A DNA stretch of 55,015 nt. Origin: a virus (taxonomy: Duplodnaviria; Caudoviricetes). Location: IMG/VR virus record IMGVR_UViG_3300047483_000184, positions 1 through 55,015 of that record, one strand, 5' to 3'. Below are positions 38,501-46,727 of the stretch, piece after piece. Both the position numbers and the translations under genes were made by a program. How positions within the stretch are numbered: position 1 is the stretch's first letter; each line of letters opens with the position of its first letter. The notes below the pieces were generated by a model, which saw only the letters and a list, made by a program, of their open reading frames with translations, made no database searches and was not told the origin of the DNA.

Positions 38501-40330
38501 ATATGTGTTTAGTTTATTGATTTTTTTAGATAAACATATTCTGTAAAAGTCAGAATCAAATGCATCTTCTAAAATTTCTAAAACTTCAGATTTTGTATTC
38601 AACACAGGATCTTTAATTATGTGACCTACTTTAAGATTACCTAATTGTTGTTTTTCTAAGTATATGAATCGGTTTTCATCTTTACCACCAGTCATAGAGT
38701 AATTAGTCCAATCATTAAAATTGGTTAAACTACCAACTGGCAAAATAGAATTATTAATGTTTGACAATTTACCAGAAATTACTTGTATAAAATCTGAAAT
38801 ATTACCAGTTCTAATACCAAAGGCAACAGAATTTCTATCATATCCTTGTGCATAATCTTCTATAACAATTGTGTCTGCAACAACAGTAGCGACAAAAGGA
38901 TTATCAGAATGTGTTATACATGAAGCAAGCGCATGCAAAACATGCTTTAAATCACCTAATAATGAATATCTGTTTTGTTCAAATTTACCGACTTGCAAAG
39001 AATTATCTGCCATGTATGTAAATGACGTTAAGTTGAAATCGTCAGCTTTAAATTCAGAAATTGCAGTTAAATATATTTTATCACCATGATGTGGCGTGTC
39101 TATTAATTTGAATTTAATAAAGTCTTTTGCCTCTTTAGATAAAATATTGATTTTTAAAGTTCCGGCCAATACATCGTCAGTGAATTCAGAAATTGTTTTA
39201 TTTTCTAAGCTTACTGGTATATTTTTAGTATTGTCAAAACTAATACCATTTTTAACGTGAAAGAAATTGTTGTATGGTGATCTAATCCAGTTTAATGTTG
39301 GATGACTTAAATCCTTTGTATTTAAAAACATATCTTGGTGAGATATTCCAACTGGTAAATCATAATAAGATAAAACGCCTCCATTTTCAATAATAACACT
39401 TTGATCTGCATCATTATTTACAACGTCGTTTACTTTAAATTCACCTTCATATATTGCATCTGTGTATAATCCAAAATATCTATAAACTTTATAATCTGTT
39501 GCGTGATCATCATCAAATAAAAATTCAATATTGATTAAATTAGCAACAGCTAATTGATTTCTTTCAAAACCATCAGTTATAATTTGATTATTAAGAATTT
39601 CTATTTTATCTACTAATAAATCTCTATTTGTATATTCTCTTTTTTGAACAAATCCACCTTTAACAACATCTATGCCGCAATATGTTGTATGGCTAGACGC
39701 ATCAAAATTTTGAATGATAGGCGCGATTGGAAATGCAGCATCGTTAACATGACTTGTTATGTACTTTCCTAATTTAGAATTATCAGTCATGTCAAATGTT
39801 TTAACAATCGTGGCCTTATTTAAAAGCTGCATTATTCTATTATTTTGAGAAGCTAAGCTATCATCTAATAAAGTGCTATAGTCTGTAGCATCAACTCTGT
39901 ATATTACAAAATGAGATGGCACCTTCTTATCTAACCATATAGGAGCTAAGAATTTGTATTGTTCATCGTATAATTTGGTTGAATTAAAAGAAGCACCGTA
40001 GTTGTATTGATCTTCAAACTGTTTAGAATATTCGCTAAACACAGAAAGATCTGAATTCTTTTTAAGAATATCATATCTCAAGTTTAAAGGGAGATCTTTA
40101 TAGAATCTGGCAATATCTATTGAATATGATCCGGATGGATTGATTGGAAACTTTTTAAACGAAGCATTGGCCAATATAGCATTTGCATCGATAGAATCCA
40201 TGTATAAGGAACCCGATGAGTTAACTACCAATTTTATATTAGTACTTAACTTTGGATTAGTTCTTAAAATACCAAATGACAGATCGTCAATTTGATTATT
40301 TGCAGTGTTAAAATTTGTTGATAAACTCAT
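35570..40330 (-). CDS. Large putative baseplate/virion structural protein
   Basis: 1586-aa ORF within the tail/baseplate module; no enzyme motif recognised. Confidence 0.55.
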   Translation of the reverse strand: MSLSTNFNTANNQIDDLSFGILRTNPKLSTNIKLVVNSSGSLYMDSIDANAILANASFKKFPINPSGSYSIDIARFYKDLPLNLRYDILKKNSDLSVFSEYSKQFEDQYNYGASFNSTKLYDEQYKFLAPIWLDKKVPSHFVIYRVDATDYSTLLDDSLASQNNRIMQLLNKATIVKTFDMTDNSKLGKYITSHVNDAAFPIAPIIQNFDASSHTTYCGIDVVKGGFVQKREYTNRDLLVDKIEILNNQIITDGFERNQLAVANLINIEFLFDDDHATDYKVYRYFGLYTDAIYEGEFKVNDVVNNDADQSVIIENGGVLSYYDLPVGISHQDMFLNTKDLSHPTLNWIRSPYNNFFHVKNGISFDNTKNIPVSLENKTISEFTDDVLAGTLKINILSKEAKDFIKFKLIDTPHHGDKIYLTAISEFKADDFNLTSFTYMADNSLQVGKFEQNRYSLLGDLKHVLHALASCITHSDNPFVATVVADTIVIEDYAQGYDRNSVAFGIRTGNISDFIQVISGKLSNINNSILPVGSLTNFNDWTNYSMTGGKDENRFIYLEKQQLGNLKVGHIIKDPVLNTKSEVLEILEDAFDSDFYRICLSKKINKLNTYTNLNYYQSPVTYYGKFSAYNLKDFDFDFYDTSNSNYGELALDDLIVASSVNGTYYRYYDLACSSSFLIGHEEYYPSLVSLTEADIVNRLEDVGNKFNVDSNIAVKDLKIYSEYDRLYENELKETSLLSRVVPHINKFALKDSFNARMNPYLFTVSEAFGSDNMSPNVESGLERNALDYNMEYFHINQIPTIFKYDSANFSKLKSYVNFLNDGELTIQNLKSTTNDYFSKYFVWEGAYLDFSKVTNISYANGATYITFDKAIDESIVTNTGVTKKNGVFVPLTLPFLNNDKTILTCFVTIQTQDVMYSIFVGDLFQINNDGVQFIKNKLKKLYTKFNKGDAYSFSDTIFRGLKYIYKSRKENVKNIPTEYVNDNLANDYKFAILVNLDKETNDTNTIIDVIKNDKFKFICVYVNISLQNNNIKEISHKILYELRHSYIGSAISDSKIDGALNIYGAYANIQNLTATTEVIIDGIDDINGKSPIFEKQISITEKGAYSYLLFDYNGNTYAFQISKVLSDTSISVIGYPKLWDSVTDTVGADAPNIIEITPSDQSNLIYTYYGGGWDAFKQNLDDIKAKSFKEIFNNFTKSVNYVNVSETGDVINNSFVLEIENGTPFYKDSYIKAAVDEDKPKSYKISSAEVGKKIVQTENPYRTILRRMNGYYVPLTKDVLYFTDIYSENKALKDGSIPTRELLIYNKFNRTGIAFSSYFDTLGLNDYGIIKNYFYHKVNTEAPDSTLKLSSGTDKLPLYPKIGEIAINKKDLNILQSKYSENYYIKSGANNEYSFVSGTVNPIEEKAFMASTIMKVSNAYDISSFSEIRLNSIDELNQYRENNKNTYSLAWTEVDDKIYADFYVKKAVLDELLERGIKSSFNSYVTPSKSYGDLTTTLDDLQLYSEQNIVPRFIIHSINIYAKEGKNINTTFVNQIDPLLIDTDIHKKQTNYSIEGFVQERLNFRLIYNKKPSYNYEFKVVVKIIA

Positions 40331-40332
40331 GT

Positions 40333-40381
40333 ATTAGTCCTTCTATTTATTACTTTATATATCTTAAATAGAAGGACTAAT
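40333..40381. promoter_or_regulatory. 17-bp perfect inverted repeat enclosing a GATATATA promoter motif and pairing with the RBS of 35570..40330
   Basis: attagtccttctattta (40333-40349), a 15-nt loop, then taaatagaaggactaat (40365-40381). Confidence 0.75.
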
Positions 40382-40384
40382 GAA

Positions 40385-43300
40385 TTACATATATCTTAGT
40401 GAAGTTATAGAGCCTGGTGTTGAAAAATCATTTTCAGAATCTACGAATTCTCTACCACCATGCCATCTAGGTACTCTATACGTGTCTATCATTTCTTTAG
40501 TTACGTTAGCTACTGAAGATCCTTCTGGTTTATATTTAGCGTAAACTTCAATATCAAAGGAGAATACGTCGTTTTCACCTTTTAAAATATCTAATCCTAT
40601 CTTTTTAGAATATGTTAGGTTTGTTAAGTTTGTAGATGCAATTCCACCAACTCTTCCAGCGTTATTGGCTGAAGAAACTCCAAAATAATCAGTCATTCTA
40701 TATTGAAATATTAAATCAACTGAAACAGCATTAGTAGCTCCTTGTGCAATTGATTTCTTACCAAATTTATTATCAGCGTCTACTGTTAAACTTGTAGTTT
40801 CAATAGGACTTAAGAATAAGTAAGCTCCGCATGAATGACCTCCTAATAAAAATTGATCTTCAGCATTGAATGACATTTTTAAACTTCTGTATACATCGAT
40901 TGGTGTTGAAGTATTTGACTTCATTTGCCAATGTGCTCTTTTATATGGATTTTGAAATGATCCGTCTGTCATATTAGCTCTTCTAGGTGCATTTTTAGAC
41001 ATAGAAACTAAACCAATTTCTGCAATATTTAATGGCGTTAAAGCACTACCTGTATTTAATAATGGGTGATCTTTGTGTAAATACAATCCATTATCATAAT
41101 CAGTTTTACTAACTTGATTTAAACCTGTACTGATAGCTGTAGTATTAGGCAAACCATTTGTATAATCTCCAGACCAAATAAAATCATCTGTTCCATTATT
41201 AGCAGCATAAGGTGCATCAGTTGCGTTTGCAAAATTCCAATATCTAGAATCACCTGATCCAATTAATGCTGGATTTGTTCCAAATTTATAATTGATACCA
41301 TACTCAAAATCATCTGCACCATTTCCAACAGTCCATGATGTAACACCGTAATCAGTATCTGGTGGAGTCATAGAATAAAGATCTGCATCATTAGCTAAAT
41401 TCTTAGCTCTAGAATACATATATTGACCTCTTAATTGGCCAGATTGGTATGGAGCAACATTCATATAATCAACACCGGTTAAATTAGAACTGATGTTTTG
41501 ATATTGTAATGGAACTAAATCATATCTACCTTCATTTGCATAATAAGTATCGCTCGATACAGTTGGGTCGATAGTTCCTGGAGCTACACCTAAAACTGTA
41601 GATGCTCCAGAACCATAAGCTGGTTTTGTTCTATCTCCTACTAATCTAGATACTAATTCTAAATCTGTAGCTTTACTGTTTGATAATTTAAGTTTGAAAC
41701 TTTTAGTTACAATTGCACCCTTTCTATCGATTTGATTTGTAATTTCATCAACATAATAGCCTGCAAATAATTTAACAGTTGTATGATTAGAAACAGTAGT
41801 TTGTGCTCCTGATTCGTCTTCTATATAAACAACTAATTCTCCAAGAGTTCCAGTGATTTGAGCTCTTAATTTCTCAATTTGAGTTTGCATCTCTACTAAT
41901 TTGTCAAACAAACTAACAGGATTTTGCTCAGTCGTTAAGAAACCAGATGCAATCGAAGTTGCATTGTGTGAAAAGTATTTAGAATTAGCAGTAAATGAAT
42001 CTTCTAAGTGTGTATATAAACCAGCTGTTGTTAAATCTTGTGTGATTTGAATTCTTACAGTCTCTAATGAATTTTCATTGATAGCTTCTAATATAGTATC
42101 ACCTGTGAATTCACCTTCTGGAAATTCATAAGTCATTATATCAGACCAATCAGATTCAATAGAATTAGCAGGGAATCCAGCTTCTGAAAGAGATTTAACC
42201 ATAATCTCTACTTTTTCGCCAGGTTGAATAGCAATGTCTAATGAATTAAAATTAACTGCATTAGCATCTTCTTCGCTATCAGTGCCCCAGTAAAATTTAC
42301 CATTAGCATCTTTAATTCTTTTTCTGATAGGACCATCTACTTCAATCCAATTTGAAAAGGCTGCAGTTTTTGTTGTGTTACCATCTTGAAATGGTATTTG
42401 ATCAATTTGTGAAGTTTTACCATTAGAAGAAACGTAACGGTATCTTATTTTAAATTGAACTATAGCCTGTTCTACAATATCATTTGACTTCTTAGGGTCT
42501 GGAATAGACCAAAAACCTCTAAGTTTATATTTAGGGGCAACGTTTGATAAATTATTAGAATTAGCAATAGATTTAATTTCACTAACAACAGAAGAATACA
42601 GAGCAGACTCAGATGTTCTCTTTTGAGCTAGTGTACTTAATTCGTTAGTGTCTCTATCTCTTTCTACAGTAGACTTATATTTTACGGTATTGATTGCAGA
42701 TTTCTTTTTAGAAATAGCGTCATCTAATTTCTTTAGATTCTGCTCCGATGCAAGTTTATCGTTTTTAAGTTGTTTGATCTTATTAGTCGAATCATTATCA
42801 GTTAAGTGCTTGTTGATTTGAACTACTTTGAAATTTGCAGTATCTAACGCTGGTGCATTTGGTACTAAACCAACAGATGCTGGTGGAATAGAATCAATTT
42901 TAAAACTTTTAATAAATTGACCAAAGTCAGCAACTTCTGATCTGTAATAATCAGCTAAGTTCATAACAGTACCATTCTCTGTTGCAATTTGTAATTCGTT
43001 AGAATAAAATGCAACACCAGGTGAAAAGCTCTCTGACAATATTTTAGATACTGAATCAATAGCTTTAACGAATACAACTTGATATTCATTAAAAGCAACA
43101 TTAACGTCGATATTAACTGCGACGTCAACATCTTTGTATATTTTTAATTCACCAGCTCCAATTCTAATAGGTTCTGAACCTTCAATTAAATCTAATTCAG
43201 CTTGTAAAGTATCGGTATTTAATGCCGTGATTTTATATCTAGTAGAATATTGATTTGAATTAACTACTAAGAAATCTCCAACTTTAAGAGTCTCTGTATT

Positions 43301-44065
43301 TTTTAATGTTTTAGATGAATCTGAGTACGTTAATTGGTTTAACGTAAATAATCTAACGTTTACGGTTTGAGTAGCACCATCGACAACCAGTGTCTTCTCT
43401 GCAGTGTCTATACCTAAAACGTCAAAGTTACCGTAATATGCCATAGATCTTGATGGCATATCAATATCTGAAGCATCTTTTCTATAAACATATTTATTTT
43501 GTACAATGTCTTTTACGAAAGTATCGTAATCAATATTGTTAGATCCTTTGTATACAGAATTAAAAGCTTGAATACTATTTACATCATTACTATCAAACAC
43601 ATATCTTTCAATGTATGCTTTTTCTGTAGTTGTTGGTATTTGACCACTTACATTTAAACTAACTGTTAATAAAGGATTTAAAAAGTCTTCAAAAAATTCA
43701 TTAGCTTTGGTTTTGAATGCAGTTGGTGCCGCTAAATTTGTAATGCTAGGGGCTGGTCCTTGTAATTTAGAAGTAATAATTCTTCTAAAAGAACCATCTT
43801 TTAATTTAACATTAGATGTCGTGCTAGTAGTTCCAGCTAAAGCATCTAGATTACCATTTAATCTTTCAATTTCTCTTTTCAAGAAACCAAACGATGGAAT
43901 CTGAACCGTTTTAACCGAACCTTTTTTAGGATCATAAAGATCTATAGCAACAGTTTCTTTGTCTGTTGTTATAGCTTCGTTAGTTTTTTCAAACGTACTT
44001 AAAGAGTTATTGTAAAGTTCAATAAATTGTTCAAGTAGTTGAGAGATTGAATTATTAGCGCTCAT
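40385..44065 (-). CDS. Putative virion structural protein with a coiled coil and an FN3-like segment
   Basis: 1226 aa; central coiled coil; VEIMVKSLSEAG..ESDWS; tail module context. Confidence 0.5.
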   Translation of the reverse strand: MSANNSISQLLEQFIELYNNSLSTFEKTNEAITTDKETVAIDLYDPKKGSVKTVQIPSFGFLKREIERLNGNLDALAGTTSTTSNVKLKDGSFRRIITSKLQGPAPSITNLAAPTAFKTKANEFFEDFLNPLLTVSLNVSGQIPTTTEKAYIERYVFDSNDVNSIQAFNSVYKGSNNIDYDTFVKDIVQNKYVYRKDASDIDMPSRSMAYYGNFDVLGIDTAEKTLVVDGATQTVNVRLFTLNQLTYSDSSKTLKNTETLKVGDFLVVNSNQYSTRYKITALNTDTLQAELDLIEGSEPIRIGAGELKIYKDVDVAVNIDVNVAFNEYQVVFVKAIDSVSKILSESFSPGVAFYSNELQIATENGTVMNLADYYRSEVADFGQFIKSFKIDSIPPASVGLVPNAPALDTANFKVVQINKHLTDNDSTNKIKQLKNDKLASEQNLKKLDDAISKKKSAINTVKYKSTVERDRDTNELSTLAQKRTSESALYSSVVSEIKSIANSNNLSNVAPKYKLRGFWSIPDPKKSNDIVEQAIVQFKIRYRYVSSNGKTSQIDQIPFQDGNTTKTAAFSNWIEVDGPIRKRIKDANGKFYWGTDSEEDANAVNFNSLDIAIQPGEKVEIMVKSLSEAGFPANSIESDWSDIMTYEFPEGEFTGDTILEAINENSLETVRIQITQDLTTAGLYTHLEDSFTANSKYFSHNATSIASGFLTTEQNPVSLFDKLVEMQTQIEKLRAQITGTLGELVVYIEDESGAQTTVSNHTTVKLFAGYYVDEITNQIDRKGAIVTKSFKLKLSNSKATDLELVSRLVGDRTKPAYGSGASTVLGVAPGTIDPTVSSDTYYANEGRYDLVPLQYQNISSNLTGVDYMNVAPYQSGQLRGQYMYSRAKNLANDADLYSMTPPDTDYGVTSWTVGNGADDFEYGINYKFGTNPALIGSGDSRYWNFANATDAPYAANNGTDDFIWSGDYTNGLPNTTAISTGLNQVSKTDYDNGLYLHKDHPLLNTGSALTPLNIAEIGLVSMSKNAPRRANMTDGSFQNPYKRAHWQMKSNTSTPIDVYRSLKMSFNAEDQFLLGGHSCGAYLFLSPIETTSLTVDADNKFGKKSIAQGATNAVSVDLIFQYRMTDYFGVSSANNAGRVGGIASTNLTNLTYSKKIGLDILKGENDVFSFDIEVYAKYKPEGSSVANVTKEMIDTYRVPRWHGGREFVDSENDFSTPGSITSLRYM

Positions 44066-44066
44066 A

Positions 44067-46037
44067 TTATCTTAATATATCTAGTTCAAATTGTTTATTA
44101 ACAGCATCAGTGCATATTAATTCAACATATGGTTTTGTCGTTATAAAGCTTGAACTGCTTAGTGTTGAAATTAAAGTCCAACCTAAAGTAGAAGATTTTA
44201 AACTCCAAATTTTAACGTTAAAACCAGCAATGTCAATAGTGTTGTTAAATTTAATTTTAACAACTTGACCTTTCTTCCATGTTGTTGATGTGTCGTCTAT
44301 GTATATATTGACATCATTAACAGCCGCATTTGAAGAATTAACGTCGATCGCAATTCTATTAGTATAAGGTTTTAATCTTGACCATATAGCATAATTATTA
44401 GCAAGCGTTGGATCAAATGGAGCAGTAGCTTCTATTTTAGAACTAACAATCCAATTTAAAAATGAAACTGGTGTAACATCAAATAAATAAGGTTCACAAA
44501 TTTCATAACCGTCTACTGTATTAATAATTTTAATAATATTGCTAGTAGATTTATCAATTCCTATACCAGGCCCTGGTTTAATTACGTCTATATTATATTG
44601 AACTGAAGTTGGTACCGTACCGTCTAACATTTGATTAATCTTAAGATTGGTAGATTGAATCAATGATAGTAAAGTATTAGACTGAGACATATTTAATTTA
44701 GCATTAGCTACGTCTTTTTCAACTGCAGCAATTCTATTTTTAACGTCTGCAATATCAGCTGATGTTAAGATCAAGCTTTCAATGTCTGCAACTCTGTTAA
44801 ACATTTCTGTATATTTTGTATCGGCATCTTTTAATAATTTAGTAGCATTACTAAGTGCAGAAACAGTATCTAAAAAGATGTCCATTCCAAATGTACTAAA
44901 ATCATTAATGTTATTTTCAACACCAACGTTATCCATTGAACTGTTGAATTTAACATTCAATTTCAAAGAGAACGCATTACCATTTAAACCAGTAATATCG
45001 TTAGGTTTGTATTTTGTTTGAGTTGGAATAAACCAACCTGATCCATTTGGATCTTCTTTAAAGTTATCTAAAATTAAAACACCGTATAGGTTTGTAGCTC
45101 TATTCGTCGGTGTTGATTTAGAATATAAATCGTAATATACTAGAATAGCGTTAAATGTGAAATCTCCACCTCTTTTAGAATAATCAAAAAGAGAACTCAT
45201 TTCCGCATCGTTTACTATTTTAGCGTATGAAGATGATGTAAAATCAATACCTAAAGCATTTTCAACAATACCAGATTCATTAGGATCAATTATGATTTCT
45301 GAATCTACGGTATCGGTGATACTTTCTAAATTAAGATTAACATCTGGATGAGTTTGTCCAGCACGACCTTCGATAAAACTTCCAGGTACATACTGTAATG
45401 CATTTGTGTTATATGTTGCTGATTTTAATAAAACATTCGGTGTATAACCAACAGCAGATGGTACATTAATGAAAATTTCATTATACACATCACCTTTATA
45501 ATTTTTATCATTAGAAACATCTATATTTCCTAAATACTTAATAACTCTTTCATATTCAGTACCTGTTAGTGACGAATCATCTAACTCGACCATTCTACTT
45601 AAAGAACCAACAGCTTCTTGAGATGTTGCGCTTCTAGCTTGGAATGCTCCAATTCTATTTAAGTATTTAAAGAAAATCTTTTCAGCATCTGAACTAAAAA
45701 TAGTAGAATCAAAATCGTCATCGTTTAAAACCAACTGTTCAAGGTTTAACGCATAGTTTTGAAAAGTTTGTGCGAAATGAATATTTGCATTACCGTTTAA
45801 GGTCGTGTCATCATACGCTGAACCAGATGCATCGAATAATTTATTAAATTGTATGTAGTTATTAGTAGAACCCTGTGAAGGCGCAGTCACAACTGGTACT
45901 TTAACCAAGGCAAACTTTGAAAATTCAAAGTTTAAATCTGGATTATAGTAAGATCTTGTTAAATCTCTTGCTGCTGAAGAAAAGGCATATAGCGTTCCTC
46001 CTTGCTCCTGTGGTATTCTAATTAATGGTGTTGCCAT
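44067..46037 (-). CDS. Putative virion structural protein
   Basis: 656 aa with a coiled-coil segment; tail module context. Confidence 0.5.
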   Translation of the reverse strand: MATPLIRIPQEQGGTLYAFSSAARDLTRSYYNPDLNFEFSKFALVKVPVVTAPSQGSTNNYIQFNKLFDASGSAYDDTTLNGNANIHFAQTFQNYALNLEQLVLNDDDFDSTIFSSDAEKIFFKYLNRIGAFQARSATSQEAVGSLSRMVELDDSSLTGTEYERVIKYLGNIDVSNDKNYKGDVYNEIFINVPSAVGYTPNVLLKSATYNTNALQYVPGSFIEGRAGQTHPDVNLNLESITDTVDSEIIIDPNESGIVENALGIDFTSSSYAKIVNDAEMSSLFDYSKRGGDFTFNAILVYYDLYSKSTPTNRATNLYGVLILDNFKEDPNGSGWFIPTQTKYKPNDITGLNGNAFSLKLNVKFNSSMDNVGVENNINDFSTFGMDIFLDTVSALSNATKLLKDADTKYTEMFNRVADIESLILTSADIADVKNRIAAVEKDVANAKLNMSQSNTLLSLIQSTNLKINQMLDGTVPTSVQYNIDVIKPGPGIGIDKSTSNIIKIINTVDGYEICEPYLFDVTPVSFLNWIVSSKIEATAPFDPTLANNYAIWSRLKPYTNRIAIDVNSSNAAVNDVNIYIDDTSTTWKKGQVVKIKFNNTIDIAGFNVKIWSLKSSTLGWTLISTLSSSSFITTKPYVELICTDAVNKQFELDILR

Positions 46038-46070
46038 TTAGCGAAATTTCTTTTATGTTTTGTAATCCAA

Positions 46071-46631
46071 TTATTGAATAGTAGCTAAGTAATTAGATAC
46101 GATATTCCAAAAACCATCAGCGAATCTAATCGTTAATGTTCCTTTATCTGCTAGAGATATTGAAGTAGCTCCAGAAACATTTGCAGTATCAACGCTTAAT
46201 GTTCCACCAGCCGCAATAATTGTAATTTCTTGTCCGACATTACCAACTTGTAAATTTACACTGTTGATGGTTGACGCATCTACGATATATGTTGCGTGTA
46301 AAAATGCATTAGCTGCAGGTAAATCAGAAGTACCAGTGATTGGTCCTATTTTTCTAACAGAATATGCAACGTCAGCGTTTGCAGTAAAAGTACTATTAAC
46401 AGTTACTGGAACTGCAGAAGTTACTGCTGTTGAATTTGCAATAAATTTGTTAGATGCAATATTTAATGAACCAAATGCACTAGCACCAGCTAATGTAATT
46501 GTTTCGTTTGTAGTGTCTAATACACCAGCAATAGAAGCTAAATCATTGTTGATATTAGCGAAATTGTCATTGATAGTTACTCTAGACGAAGAAACGCTGT
46601 CAGTACCTAAAATTAAAGTTATGTTTGCCAT
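46071..46631 (-). CDS. Putative small structural/fibre protein
   Basis: SRVTINDNF N-terminus typical of fibre anchors; A/T/S-rich; GATATATAA upstream. Confidence 0.55.
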   Translation of the reverse strand: MANITLILGTDSVSSSRVTINDNFANINNDLASIAGVLDTTNETITLAGASAFGSLNIASNKFIANSTAVTSAVPVTVNSTFTANADVAYSVRKIGPITGTSDLPAANAFLHATYIVDASTINSVNLQVGNVGQEITIIAAGGTLSVDTANVSGATSISLADKGTLTIRFADGFWNIVSNYLATIQ

Positions 46632-46727
46632 TTTTGAACAGTTTGTTTGTTATTTTAATGTGATGCTTTATCACGTATTATTGTATTATATATCATCTTT
46701 AAAATTGAACCGGAATCTAAAATAAAA

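Noticed and set aside
46657-46680. Short imperfect hairpin gtgat-gcttt-atcac in the leader of 46071..46631
   Set aside because: The 5-bp core has no U-tract and is too weak to call as a terminator or regulatory RNA.
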